The notes: generated by a model from the sequence alone, not told the origin. Numbered from the stretch's first letter, positions 10,194 to 20,750 are shown. The stretch is 64,000 nucleotides of DNA from Spirochaetia bacterium (GCA_965199955.1 CBDATQ010000002.1:224001-288000); one strand, 5' to 3'. Numbers and translations are program-made.

Positions 10194-11399
10194 GTGATGG
10201 CCGAACAGACCGACGAGCCGAAGACGATTCTGGATCAGGGTTATCTGATCGTGCGCGGCGCAATTGAGCCGGAGCGGCTGGAGCCGATCCTCGCCACCGC
10301 CGAGCTGTTCCTGGACCGGGCGCGCGAGCGCTCGCGCGGCGACCCGAACGTGGGCTGGGACGCGCACCGCGTGCCGCACCCCGGCCTCTACGACTTCATC
10401 GACCAGGACACTGCGGCGCTGTTCGATCCGCTGGTGTCCGACCGGGTGCTGGACGTGAACCGCCGGCTCATGGCGGCCACCGAGGTGGGGCTCAACACCG
10501 CGTCCCTGTTCACGGAACCGGCCAAGCCGCTGAGCAAGATCTTCCAGTGGCACCGGGACTCGGTGCTGCGGCCGTCGTCCCCGTTGCCGCTGGGCGGCCT
10601 GCAGGCCGACTGCCAGGCCAACGCTCCCGGCGTCCTCTCGTGGAATATCGCCTTGCACGACGACGACTCGCTCTGGGTGGTGCCGGGAAGCAACCGGCGC
10701 GGCAACACCGGTGACGAGCAGGAGGTCTTCGACCGCCCGGCGCAGCTCGCCGACGAACCGCTGCCGGGGGCGCGCCGCTGCGAGCTGGCCGCCGGCGATG
10801 CCGTGGTGTTCGACGCGGCGATGGTCCATTCCGGCAGCGCCGACGCGGACCGCCGCCGGCGCACGTTCAACGTCGCCTACCGGGAGTTCGGCGGCCCGGT
10901 GCTCGCGCACAGCCGCGCCACGTGCTGGAAGCCGGATCTGTTCGAGCGGCTGGACTCGGACACGGCGCGGCGGTTCGAGCGCTTCGAGCGGTTGCTGCGC
11001 GACGAGCGCGATGTGATCGAGGCGGCCTTCCGGGCCGTTATCGAACGGGACGGGGCCGCGTTCCGGGAGCATCTGGCGCTCCTGCATCCCGGGGGGGTGG
11101 GCCGCATGGTCTGCGTGGTGCAGCTCCACAAGATCGCGCATGCGCTCTGGAGACTAGCCGAGGTCGGCGCGGAGGCGCTGTCCGACGCCGACTACCAGGT
11201 CGCGACGCTGGACCACGCCGGCAACCGGTGGCGCACCGCCACGCTCATGGAGCGCTTCACGGGGGCGGAGGTGAACCGCCTGCGGGACGGCTTCGCCGAT
11301 CTCGACCGCAGGCTCCGCGGGCCCGCCGGCTACGAGCAGTACGAGATGCCGCGGAACTTCGACGTCGACGATTTCGTGGCGAGCTGGCCGCACGGCTGA
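10194..11399 (+). CDS. Phytanoyl-CoA dioxygenase (PhyH) family Fe(II)/2OG oxygenase with C-terminal extension
   Basis: GYLIVRGAI, WHRD (HxD), LWVVPGS, GDAVVF..MVHSG. Confidence 0.85.
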   Translation: MMAEQTDEPKTILDQGYLIVRGAIEPERLEPILATAELFLDRARERSRGDPNVGWDAHRVPHPGLYDFIDQDTAALFDPLVSDRVLDVNRRLMAATEVGLNTASLFTEPAKPLSKIFQWHRDSVLRPSSPLPLGGLQADCQANAPGVLSWNIALHDDDSLWVVPGSNRRGNTGDEQEVFDRPAQLADEPLPGARRCELAAGDAVVFDAAMVHSGSADADRRRRTFNVAYREFGGPVLAHSRATCWKPDLFERLDSDTARRFERFERLLRDERDVIEAAFRAVIERDGAAFREHLALLHPGGVGRMVCVVQLHKIAHALWRLAEVGAEALSDADYQVATLDHAGNRWRTATLMERFTGAEVNRLRDGFADLDRRLRGPAGYEQYEMPRNFDVDDFVASWPHG

Positions 11400-11421
11400 G
11401 GACGCCCGGCGCGGCGGCGAG

Positions 11422-12375
11422 CTACGGCGTGCTCAGCGTGCCGGTCTCCCACTCCCGGCGGTAGATCCGCAGCAACTCCTCCGCGGATGGAAGGCGGTAG
11501 TCCAGGCGCTCCGCGGTGGCCGCCGCAGACATGCTGGTGTCGTGCGGGACCTGCGCTCCGGCCATCCCCACCCAGCTCGGCGGCCCGGTCGAGATCAGGC
11601 CGGCGTCCAGCTCGAACACCTCGGCGGCGGTCCGGATCGCCTCCATGCGCGAGAGGCTGGCGCCGGAGCAGCAGTGGAAGATCCCGCGCGCGTCCCGTTC
11701 GATGATGCGCATCATCATGCGGGCGCTCTCGCTGGCCAGGCTGAGGGTGGCGTGCATGTTGATCTCGCCATGCCACATGACGAAGGGCTGGCCGCGGCCG
11801 GCGGTCTCCAGGAGGGCGCCGATCAGGCTGCCGTAGCCGACGTTCTGGGTCTGCGGATCCTCGGGGCGCGCCCAGTGCACACCGTTCACGCCGGAGATGC
11901 GCGCCACCGCGCCGTTGTCGGCCGCCTCCAGCACTACCGTCTCGCCCACCACCTTGAGCAGGCCGTACAGGTTGACCGGATTGGGGGGCGTCGCCTCGTC
12001 CGCGCCGCTCTGCGTGCCGTCGAATACCCAGTCGGACGAGATCAGGATCATCTTGGCGCCGACCTCGTTGGCGGCCTGGGTCAGGTGGCGCGTCGAGTCG
12101 ACGTAGGCGCGCCACGCCAGGGCGCGATCGCGGTACATCTGGTCGAAGCCCTTGAGGATCGCCGAGTGGATGATGGCGTCGGGCCGGAAGGCGCGGACGC
12201 TTGCCAGCACCTGGTCGCGGTCGGTCATGTCGACGCGGCCGAACTCGTAGGGGACCGGCCTTTCCGGCTGCCAGCGGTACACGGTCGAGAACACCGCCGC
12301 GCCGTGCTCCTCGGCGGCGACCTTGACGATGTTGCTGCCGACGAATCCGGTGCCACCGGTCACGTATACCTTCAC
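11422..12375 (-). CDS. RmlD-like extended SDR / NAD(P)-dependent sugar-nucleotide oxidoreductase
   Basis: VYVTGGTGFVG, ISSDWVFDG, PNPVNLYGLLK (YxxxK); GTG start with GGAGG RBS. Confidence 0.85.
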   Translation of the reverse strand: MKVYVTGGTGFVGSNIVKVAAEEHGAAVFSTVYRWQPERPVPYEFGRVDMTDRDQVLASVRAFRPDAIIHSAILKGFDQMYRDRALAWRAYVDSTRHLTQAANEVGAKMILISSDWVFDGTQSGADEATPPNPVNLYGLLKVVGETVVLEAADNGAVARISGVNGVHWARPEDPQTQNVGYGSLIGALLETAGRGQPFVMWHGEINMHATLSLASESARMMMRIIERDARGIFHCCSGASLSRMEAIRTAAEVFELDAGLISTGPPSWVGMAGAQVPHDTSMSAAATAERLDYRLPSAEELLRIYRREWETGTLSTP

Positions 12376-12550
12376 CGCGTTCCCACCTCCCTTCAGCGAG
12401 ATGGGCATTCTATGCCGCCGTAGTCGTGCACCGTGCGCCCCGGCACGATCGCGCCGACGTCGGCGACTCAGTTATTCCCATTGCCACATCGTGCCCGCCC
12501 GGTCATCGTACCGGGCGAGCCGGAGGCTGTCCGGCGCACAGGAGAGACGA

Positions 12551-13597
12551 ATGGCAGACGCCGTCAGGTTCGCGATCGTCGGCCTGGGCATGGGCCGCGG
12601 GCGAGCGGACCGATGCATCGACACCGAGGGGGCGGAGTTGGTCGCGATCTGCGACCTGTCGGAAGAGCGCGGCACGGCCGCGTCGGGGGAGCTGGGCGTG
12701 CCGTGGGTGCAGAGCTGCGACGAGTTGCTTGCCCGCGACGACGTGGACGTGATCGGGCTGTGGACGCCGAGCGGCACGCACGCGGCGATGGCGATACAGG
12801 CGCTGCAGGCCGGCAAGCACGTGTGCATGACCAAGCCGATGGACATCACCGCCGCCGCCTGCGATCGCGCGATCCACGAGGCCGACAGCCACGGGTTGCA
12901 GCTCGGCATCGATTTCCAGGAGCGCTACCTTCCCGCGAACCACCGGGTCAAGAGCGCGGTCGAGTCCGGCGCCGTCGGCCGGCTGCTTCGGGCGGACCTA
13001 CGCATGCACTGGTTCCGCCCGCAGGCCTACTACGACGCCGGCATGCCGCAGGCGTGGCGCAGTCGCCTGGACACCGAGGGGGGCTCGCTGGCCAACCAGG
13101 CCGTCCATTTCGTGGACCTGCTGCTGTGGTGGGCCGGCACCCCCGAACGGGTCGTGGGCTGCCGCGGCACCTACGGCCACGACATCGAGACCGAGGACGG
13201 CACGACCGCCGTCGTGCAGTTCCGCGAGGGGGCGGTGGGGTCGATCGTCACCACCACCTGCGCGGTCCCCAACCGCGGGCACGAGGTCACTCTGAGCGGC
13301 ACGTGGGGCACTCTCACCTGGGCCCACGCGGAGGAGATGACGCTCGACCACGTACCGGAAGGAGCCCGCTCGGCCGCCGACGCGTTCCGGGCCGAGGGCG
13401 GGCCGGAGGTGGTCGCCGGCGACCTCGGCTCCTACGCGATCCCGCCGGATCTGCCGGACAACATCTTCGCGGACATGGTAGGCGCCATCCGCACCGGCTC
13501 AGGGCTGCAGTGCGACGGCCGCGAGGCGCGCCGCTCGGTGGCGCTGTTCGACGCCGTGTACCGCTCCTCGGACACCGGGGCCTGGGTCGAAGTGTGA
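12551..13597 (+). CDS. Gfo/Idh/MocA family oxidoreductase
   Basis: FAIVGLGMG, TPSGTH, AGKHVCMTKP, GGSLANQAVHFVD. Confidence 0.9.
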   Translation: MADAVRFAIVGLGMGRGRADRCIDTEGAELVAICDLSEERGTAASGELGVPWVQSCDELLARDDVDVIGLWTPSGTHAAMAIQALQAGKHVCMTKPMDITAAACDRAIHEADSHGLQLGIDFQERYLPANHRVKSAVESGAVGRLLRADLRMHWFRPQAYYDAGMPQAWRSRLDTEGGSLANQAVHFVDLLLWWAGTPERVVGCRGTYGHDIETEDGTTAVVQFREGAVGSIVTTTCAVPNRGHEVTLSGTWGTLTWAHAEEMTLDHVPEGARSAADAFRAEGGPEVVAGDLGSYAIPPDLPDNIFADMVGAIRTGSGLQCDGREARRSVALFDAVYRSSDTGAWVEV

Positions 13598-13763
13598 CCG
13601 GGAGCCTTCCCGCTCGTGCTGCAGCAGGCCGAGCTTGTTGACCCCCGGGAGCACCTGCAGGCAACCGTTGGTCGTGTCCACGTCGACCAGCGGAATCCAC
13701 ACCGTGAGGATCTGTGAAGCGTCCGCCTCCTCGCGGGTAACGCCCTGGTCCTGGTGCCAGGGA
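13598..13763 (-). pseudogene. Internal fragment of a PhyH-family dioxygenase
   Basis: PWHQDQGVTREEADASQILTVWIPLVDVDTTNGCLQVLPGVNKLGLLQH aligns by eye with the intact paralog at 29158-30039 (PWHQDAGV...TCWLPL...GCLQVLPGVSKLGYLRH). Confidence 0.8.
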
Positions 13764-13811
13764 CCTGCATCGGCTGGCGCTCACCGCGCCTCGGCGTGTA
13801 CAATACGCTCG

Positions 13812-15395
13812 TCACTCGTAGATGCTCCCCATCTGCCACGCGTCGAGGGAGCGAAGCGTCGCGGCGCTGCCGCAGGCGCGCAGCGAAACGCCGGCCGAGT
13901 CCTCGCGTCCGGGGTAGACGCGCAGCGCCACGCACTGGCGGCCGTTTGCGAACACCTCCACCACGCTGCGGTCGACGAAGATGCGGAGCTCCAGCGGCTC
14001 GTCCGGCGCGACGTGGACCGGCGCAGTTTCCGGCGCCCGCGACAACACGTCCGGCAGCTCGGACGAGCGCGCGTTGTCCAGGGTGATCAGGCTGTCCGCC
14101 GCCGCGGCGGCCTTGTCGCGATCGCCTCCGTCGTACCGCTCGCGGTTCCGGAAGCCGCGCCGCCGGTAGAAGCTGATGCGGGTGTACTCCTCTCGCCGAG
14201 GGGAGCGGAGCACGTCCATCTCCACGGTGGGCGCATCCTGCGGATCGATCACCGCGGCGACTTCCAGTGACGTGCCGCTCACCTCCTCCAGCACCACGTC
14301 CCGGTTCGCCGGCAGCTTCGTCGGCCCCACGCGGACGTGCCGGCCGCGCAGGGAGGCAATGTCGCCGGCCGGCTCCATCTCGATCTCGTCGTGCTCGGCC
14401 AGCGTGAGACGCCGCGGCAGGCTCATGACCTGGTCCCAGCCGCGCGTGGGCTTGGCGGGGTTCATGTTGAAGATGACGACGAGGCCGTCGCCGTCCGGCG
14501 TGGCCGACGGCGCGTGCACGCCGCCCGGCTGCGCGGAGCCGAAGTTGAAGCGGCCGCCCGCCGTCACCGCGAGCTTGTCGCGCTCCGTGTCGTAGTCGCC
14601 GATCAGGTACTTGCCGCCGCTCATGTGGCTGAAATAGAGCAGCATGTGGCGGCGATCGGGGCCGGAGCCGATCGGCCAGAAGTAAGGACAGGCACCGTCG
14701 TCGCCGACCAGGGAGAAGCGGTCGTCCTCGTCGAACGGGTGCAGGTACTCCCAGTTCACCAGGTCGTCGGAACGGAACAGGAAGTCGGCGCGGCTCACCT
14801 TGCCGGCCGGCGGATGGGGCAGGGTGCCGCCGCTCAGCGAGTAGTAGCGGCCGCCCTGCTTCCAGATGCACGGGTCGAAGACGCGGTAGGGAAGCGGCGA
14901 GCCGTCCGGGCTCGCCATGGGAATGACCGGCTTGCCGGTGAGCTTCTCCCAGTTGAGCAGCAGTGGATCGCTCGAGGTGGCCACCATGGTGCCGGCGTCG
15001 GTGCCGTGGTAGCAGGCGATGACCCGGTCTTCCTCCACCAGGGTCGCGCCGGAAAAGCAGCAGCGTTCCGGGTCGGGATAGATCGCATAGGGGAGGTCGC
15101 GCCAGTGGATGAGGTCGTCGCTCACCGCGTGGCCCCAGTGCTGACGCGGGTCCTCCGGGGGATAGCTCTGGTAGAACAGGTGCCAGCGGCCCTGCCATCG
15201 GCACAGGCCGTTGGGATCGTTCAGCCGGTGCTCGGGGCTGACGAAGTGGTACCGGGGCACGTGCTGGTCGCGGGCGAGCTCCCGGCGGGAGGCGCGGAAA
15301 CGCTCCAGCAGCGGGTTGGCGGACAGCTCGCGTTCCTGCGCGGCACGCGTGTCGGAAAAGGTGAAGCGCGGAACGGAGGACCGGTAGTTGGGCAT
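13812..15395 (-). CDS. Glycoside hydrolase family 32-like protein
   Basis: LNDPNG, WHLFYQ, HWGHAVSDDLIHW, CFSG, FDP, ACP, C-terminal LRIFVDRSVVEVFAN beta-sandwich. Confidence 0.9.
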   Translation of the reverse strand: MPNYRSSVPRFTFSDTRAAQERELSANPLLERFRASRRELARDQHVPRYHFVSPEHRLNDPNGLCRWQGRWHLFYQSYPPEDPRQHWGHAVSDDLIHWRDLPYAIYPDPERCCFSGATLVEEDRVIACYHGTDAGTMVATSSDPLLLNWEKLTGKPVIPMASPDGSPLPYRVFDPCIWKQGGRYYSLSGGTLPHPPAGKVSRADFLFRSDDLVNWEYLHPFDEDDRFSLVGDDGACPYFWPIGSGPDRRHMLLYFSHMSGGKYLIGDYDTERDKLAVTAGGRFNFGSAQPGGVHAPSATPDGDGLVVIFNMNPAKPTRGWDQVMSLPRRLTLAEHDEIEMEPAGDIASLRGRHVRVGPTKLPANRDVVLEEVSGTSLEVAAVIDPQDAPTVEMDVLRSPRREEYTRISFYRRRGFRNRERYDGGDRDKAAAAADSLITLDNARSSELPDVLSRAPETAPVHVAPDEPLELRIFVDRSVVEVFANGRQCVALRVYPGREDSAGVSLRACGSAATLRSLDAWQMGSIYE

Positions 15396-15638
15396 GGCAT
15401 CCGACGGTAGCGCCGCGTCCCGGCACCGGCAAGGTTCGCGCGATGAGCTCCGCCGGGTATCGTTGCCGCCACGGGGCCATGGCTGAAGAGAACGGCGTGA
15501 GGTCGGATCGACTGCACCGTCCGCTGGCGGGACGTCGACATCGATCTCGATCTCACGATCACGAACACCGGGCCGATGCCATGGGCGCGCGTGGTCACCA
15601 GTACCTGGACGCGGCCGAAGCGTGAGGCGCCGGCCCGG

Positions 15639-16808
15639 TTACCGGTTCAACACCTCGCCCACGTCCAGCAGGTAGATCTGCCGGCCGCGTGAGTGCGCGG
15701 AGTCGATGGTGACGTAGCGGCCGGACGGATCGGAGCGGGGGTGCAGGTCGCACCGCAGTTCCCCCGTGTACTCCGGAGGCGCGTGAAAAAATCCGAGATC
15801 GACCCGGCGGCCGGTCGGTACGTGATACAGGTACAGGTTCTGCATCCGTCCGTCGCCCTGGGGGTAGCAGTCGTTGAGGATCCAGTCGGTATCGGCCAGG
15901 TAGGTGCAGTGTCCGTCGCTGGTCATCGCGCCGGAGCCGATGACGCTCACCTCGTCGCTCCGGTCCCGGTGGACGTAGAACGCCGCTCCCGCGTCCGGTC
16001 GCCAGGACCGTCCCAGGATCGTGTCCCGATCGCGCCATACGAAGTGGGACATCCTGCCGTAGTCGTCGACGACGTGCAGGTCGGATCCATCGCGGGCGGC
16101 GGTGAGCATCCTCGTCCTCCTGCCGTCGCCCCACCGCCAGCGGTGCAGGAAGATGAAACGCGATCCGTCGGTGTTGAACAGCAGGTGGTTGAAGTAGTGC
16201 TTGGCCGAGCCGATGTCGCCGTGCGGATACGGCAGGGCGGCCACTTCGGCAATGGGGATGACGAGCTCCGGCTCCGCGCCGGGCGCAGTCAGATCGAGCG
16301 TGTAGATGCCGGCGTCCTCGGGCGCCAGCACCTCGCGATTGGGATCGGGAATGCCGGCGTAGCCGTAGCCGGGCCGCATGTCATTCAGCCGGCGGAAATC
16401 GGTGCCGATGGCGGTGCGGCCGTCGGGGGAGACGGCGTAGATCGCCGCCGGCAGCGTACGCGACGCGCCGGAGTCCAGGTCCAGGATGCGGGAGACGTAA
16501 CGGGCTCCTTCGCGGTCGTTCCAGATGATCCTGCGGTCGGAGCCGGGTATCCACTGCAGCATGCAGCCCTGCTGCCAGCACCACGCCCGCGTGCGGCCGA
16601 CCTCGCGCCAGGCGTCACCTGCGTGCAGGTCGATGACGCCGACGGAGATCGTGTCGTCCGGACGCGGCTGGCGGCCCTCGAATTCCACCCGCATACCCAG
16701 CACGTAGCGGCTGGTCGGGTCGAACTGCAGCTTGTCGTAGTAGCCGAACCAGTGCCGGCCCGGACCAGAGGTGATCGCCCGGATGGGAACCGAAGCGTGG
16801 GGTCTCAT
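15639..16808 (-). CDS. Beta-propeller protein (TolB / oligogalacturonate-lyase-like)
   Basis: HWFGYYD, AWCWQQGCMLQW, YFNHLLFNTDG, DGHCTY, RCDLHPR. Confidence 0.7.
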   Translation of the reverse strand: MRPHASVPIRAITSGPGRHWFGYYDKLQFDPTSRYVLGMRVEFEGRQPRPDDTISVGVIDLHAGDAWREVGRTRAWCWQQGCMLQWIPGSDRRIIWNDREGARYVSRILDLDSGASRTLPAAIYAVSPDGRTAIGTDFRRLNDMRPGYGYAGIPDPNREVLAPEDAGIYTLDLTAPGAEPELVIPIAEVAALPYPHGDIGSAKHYFNHLLFNTDGSRFIFLHRWRWGDGRRTRMLTAARDGSDLHVVDDYGRMSHFVWRDRDTILGRSWRPDAGAAFYVHRDRSDEVSVIGSGAMTSDGHCTYLADTDWILNDCYPQGDGRMQNLYLYHVPTGRRVDLGFFHAPPEYTGELRCDLHPRSDPSGRYVTIDSAHSRGRQIYLLDVGEVLNR

Positions 16809-16960
16809 GTCTTTCTGGGACGCAACGCTACCACGCGCCGCCCGGCATCCCGTGTTCGTGTACGTTCCGTTCGCGAGACGGTCATCCTGAAGCCACCGCT
16901 ACGACAGTGCCGGCAACGGTTGGCCTTGTGGAGTGGCCGCCTGCCGCGTACCGTAACCGC

Positions 16961-17197
16961 ATGACGAAGCCTGCGGAGACCGTTCTTGCGGACGCGCTTC
17001 GTTTGGATCTGAAGGGCCGTGCCGAGTTAGCCAGGGAGCTCCTTGCAAGTCTTGACGGCCCGGCGGATCCAGATGCTGCGTCCTCGTGGGCCGATGAGAT
17101 CAGACGACGCGTAGCGGCTCTCGAATCAGGCTCCGCGGAGCTTGAGTCTTGGGATGACGCCATGGGACGGATCGAGCGCGACATTCTTGGCCGGTGA
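16961..17197 (+). CDS. Addiction-module antitoxin component (TIGR02574-like)
   Basis: ALRL..KGRAELARELLASL, WADEIRRR, ESWD; overlaps the toxin gene by GTGA. Confidence 0.8.
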   Translation: MTKPAETVLADALRLDLKGRAELARELLASLDGPADPDAASSWADEIRRRVAALESGSAELESWDDAMGRIERDILGR

Positions 17198-17494
17198 GCC
17201 GTCGGGTTCGCAACCTTTCCTCGGCTCGCGAAGAATTCGCTGCCGCCGTAGCTTGGTACGAGCAATAGCGGTCTGGTCTGGGGGCGGATTTCTTCGAGAG
17301 CGTCACAGAGGCGACGGCGCTCATTCGGAACTCAGCCGCACATCGGACCGTTCGATGAGGGGACCCGTACCCGTCGCGTGCCGGTCCGTCGATTCCCCTA
17401 TCAGGTCGTCTACGTCGTCTCCGAGGACGAAATCGTGATCGTCGCGGTTGCCCACACGAAGCGACGACCCGGTTACTGGAGCAATCGGATGTAG
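17194..17494 (+). pseudogene. ParE/RelE-family toxin with nonsense codon and frameshift
   Basis: VSRRVRNLSSAREEFAAAVAWYEQ*RSGLGADF (TAG 17266-17268); in another frame RRFPYQVVY..IVIVAVAHTKRRPGYW; total length 301 nt. Confidence 0.85.
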
Positions 17495-17515
17495 CTGGTT
17501 ACGGTTGCGTCGGGG

Positions 17516-18322
17516 ATGCGGGGCACTACGGCAACCGGCGCCGCGGCGCCGGTGTTGCACTGGTCGTTCGATCAGAGTCACTCGCAGCAGCAACCCGGCT
17601 TCGGTGCCGAGCTGGTGGCCACGCTGCGGGACTACTACCGGCAGGCGGCGGCGGGGGACGCCACCGTGTACCGAGTGCTGCCCAACTTCTGGAGCGGGTA
17701 CCAGCCCGCGCCGGCGACCCGTCTGGCGATCGGCAGCGTCGAGGTGAACCGCGCCCGCGCATCCGCCACGGGTGAGACCGACTATCGCGTAACCGCCCGC
17801 AACACCACCAGTGGCGAGCGCGCTACCTATGCGTTCCGCGCCGCCGCCGACCGCTGGCGCAGCCTCATCGGGGACTGGCAGATCGAGATACGCAATGACG
17901 CCGGCGGCTCCTATCGCCGTCACCGTGCCACGGGCGGGCTGGGAGCGCCCGGGCGGGATGCCGCACGGCCGATCCGGCTGAACGTGAACGGCGTCACCCT
18001 GGCGGCGGCAAACTGGAGCGGCACCCGGCCGCTGACCACGCCGTGGGCACTGCTCGACATCCTCCCGGAGTTGCAGGAGGGCTGCGAACTGGCGCTGCTG
18101 GAGGAGCTGGACCGGCTGCGCGAGCCGGTGCGGCTGACCCCGATCGGGGTCTGGCAGTGGCCCCCGGACGCGGATCTGGGCGCTTTCACCGGGTGGTGCG
18201 CGCACGGCCGCGGACTGCCGCCCACCTACTACTGGGTGGACGGCCGCGGCACCGTAGCCGTGGCATCGACGCTGTTCCAGACGTGGGTGGCAAGCGCCGC
18301 ATCCAACGGGGTTGCGGCGTGA
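17516..18322 (+). CDS. Hypothetical protein
   Basis: 268-aa ORF with host-like codon usage, coupled to the sulfatase by GTGA overlap; start uncertain. Confidence 0.6.
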   Translation: MRGTTATGAAAPVLHWSFDQSHSQQQPGFGAELVATLRDYYRQAAAGDATVYRVLPNFWSGYQPAPATRLAIGSVEVNRARASATGETDYRVTARNTTSGERATYAFRAAADRWRSLIGDWQIEIRNDAGGSYRRHRATGGLGAPGRDAARPIRLNVNGVTLAAANWSGTRPLTTPWALLDILPELQEGCELALLEELDRLREPVRLTPIGVWQWPPDADLGAFTGWCAHGRGLPPTYYWVDGRGTVAVASTLFQTWVASAASNGVAA

Positions 18323-19740
18323 GCTCGCCTCCCAACATCATCTTCCTGCACACGGATCAACACACGTGGGATGCGGTCTCCGCGTACGGCAACCGCGATC
18401 TCGCCACACCCAGCATCGACCGCCTGCAGCGCAACGGCCTTTCCTTCATGCGCGCCTACTGCACGGACCCGGTGTGCGCGCCGGCACGCTCGAGCTGGAT
18501 GACCGGACGGTACTCCTCCGAGACCGGCGTGCCGCACAACCGGGGCGTGCTCCACGACGGCCTCCCCGATCTTGGCCGGCATTTGAACGCCCACGGCTTT
18601 CCCGCCTACCACGCCGGCAAATGGCACATCGCCGGCCGTGAAGTCACCGAGAGCTTCCGCACCCTCTACGTCGGCAAGCGCCGGATCGGCGCCGGTGGCG
18701 GCGAGTACTACGACGGGGCGACCACCCGCTCCGTGGTGGAGTTCCTCACCAGCCGCGGCACTCGGGAGCCTTTCTTCCTGCAGATCGGCATGGTCAATCC
18801 GCACGACGTGTGCGAGTACGGGCACGACTTCGAGGAGACGCCGATTCCCGACCCGGTGGCGCAGGGAATCATGAGCGCCGTCGAGCTGCCGCCGCTGCCG
18901 GCGAACTTCCAGTACGACGAGCCGGAAACCATGACCCACCGCGTGGTGCGCCGCGACGACGATTGCCTCATCCACTGGCCGATCCTGCGCCGTACGCGCC
19001 GCTGGTCGGCGCTGCAGTGGCGCGCCCTGGCGTGGAACCTGTACCGCTTCGTGGAGAAGGTGGACGCGGAGATCGGCATGGTGCTGGCCGCCCTGGAGGC
19101 CACGGGCCGCGCCGACGACACCCTGATCCTGTTCACGGCCGACCACGGCGAGGCGGCCGGCCGCCATCAAATGTTCCAGAAGTTCACCCTCTACGAGGAG
19201 AGCATCCGGGTGCCGTTCATCGCCGCCTGCCTCGGCGCCGGGGTGACGCTGCCCAAGGGGGGCTACGACCGCGAGCACTTCATCTCCGGCGTGGACGTGT
19301 TTCCCACCGTGTGCGACTACGCCGGCGTAGCGCCGCCGCCGGGGCTGCCGGGCCGCAGCATCCGTCCTCTGCTGGAGGGCGGCTGCGCTGACTGGCGCCA
19401 GCACGCCTTCATCGAGAGCAACTACTGGGCGCGGGCCATCGTCACCCCCCGCTACAAGTACGTCGCCGAGTACCGCCCGGCCGACGTCGAGGACTATCTG
19501 CCGCCCGGACCCGGCGCGGAACGGGGAGTGGAGCAGCTCTTCGACCTGGAGCGGGACCCGGGCGAGACCCGCAACCTGGCGGGCGATGCGGCGCTGGCCG
19601 GCGTGATCGCCGACTGCCGGCAGCGGCTGGCGGAGACCGAGCGCTCCCTGCAGCGCCGGCCGCTGCGCCCCGGCACGCCGCGCGACCTGCTGGACCGTTG
19701 GGGCGAACGGCTGCGGCAGCGCTGGCAACAGGCGGAGTGA
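18319..19740 (+). CDS. Sulfatase (Cys-type, S1 family)
   Basis: PNIIFLHTDQ, CAPARSSWMTG (CxPxR), GKWH, FTADHGE, LYEESIRVP, LFDLERDPGE. Confidence 0.92.
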   Translation: MSSPPNIIFLHTDQHTWDAVSAYGNRDLATPSIDRLQRNGLSFMRAYCTDPVCAPARSSWMTGRYSSETGVPHNRGVLHDGLPDLGRHLNAHGFPAYHAGKWHIAGREVTESFRTLYVGKRRIGAGGGEYYDGATTRSVVEFLTSRGTREPFFLQIGMVNPHDVCEYGHDFEETPIPDPVAQGIMSAVELPPLPANFQYDEPETMTHRVVRRDDDCLIHWPILRRTRRWSALQWRALAWNLYRFVEKVDAEIGMVLAALEATGRADDTLILFTADHGEAAGRHQMFQKFTLYEESIRVPFIAACLGAGVTLPKGGYDREHFISGVDVFPTVCDYAGVAPPPGLPGRSIRPLLEGGCADWRQHAFIESNYWARAIVTPRYKYVAEYRPADVEDYLPPGPGAERGVEQLFDLERDPGETRNLAGDAALAGVIADCRQRLAETERSLQRRPLRPGTPRDLLDRWGERLRQRWQQAE

Positions 19741-19823
19741 TCCGCTGCGAGGAGCTCCCGGCAGTCGCGTGCGCTCCCGGCCGAACCTACACTCGGAGGC
19801 CTCATCCCAAGGAGGAACCCAGG

Positions 19824-20723
19824 ATGCGCACGTTCGAATCCAGGAGTCGAGACCACCAGTGTGCTCTGGGAGCGCAACCCGTACTACTCCGTCGTGGACG
19901 AGACCGGCAATCAGCTCCCCTACATCGACTACATCCGGGTCGGCGTGACGCCGGACCTGGAGGCGCGCTTCCTGAAGGCGATGCAGGGCGACATCGACAT
20001 CGGCTCACAGGAGTTCCAGGACCTGGGCAAGTTCTCGCTGCTCAAGCAGCGGGAGGATCAGGGCAACTACCAGGTGGTGATCTGGTCAGGGTCCCGCCAG
20101 CCGTCCATGGTGCGCTTCGACTGGCCCGCGGCGCAGGATGAGAACTTCAAAACGCCAACCAGCACAAGGAGTTCCGCCAGGCGCTGTCGGTCGCCATCGA
20201 CCGCGACGAGCTGAACGAGAAGCTGTTCCTGGGCCTGGCCACCCCGTCGGTGTCCGGGGTCCCGCACACCAGCCCCTTCTACGACCCGGTGCAGGACACC
20301 TGTCTGGGACCCGACCTCGACAAGGCGCGCGAGCTGCTCGACTCAATCGGCATCCGCGACGGCGACGGCGGCGGCATCCTGGAGTACGAGAACGGCGACG
20401 ACGTCCACATCCTGGTCGGCGCCTACAACCCGATCCGGCGGGGCGGCACGGTGCGCGAACAGCCGGCCGAGTACGACCGCGCCCACGAGCTGGAGAACCA
20501 GATGGCCACGGCCACGACGCTGGACGAATGGCGGGCGGCGGTGCAGGAGTACTTCAACTACACCTCCACCGACGCGCTGCAGTTCATCCACTTCGTCACC
20601 GACCGGCCGGCGATGGTGATCCGGCACAACCGCATGGGCAACATCCCGGACAACGGCTTCTACTGGAAGGCGCTGATCCTGTCCAAGTCCGATCAGTACT
20701 TCATCCGGGAGGGCATGCAGTAG
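19824..20723 (+). pseudogene. Collapsed family-5 ABC substrate-binding protein gene (multiple deletions and frameshifts)
   Basis: AGGAGG RBS + ATG 19824, jumping to WERNPYY..DETGNQLPYID; other frames give KEFRQALSVAIDRDE, DKARELLDSIG and the C-terminal NRMGNIP..DQYFI; about 300 codons versus about 650 in the paralog at 348. Confidence 0.85.
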
Positions 20724-20750
20724 ACGCGCTCACGGGCGTTGGTAGAGGCG

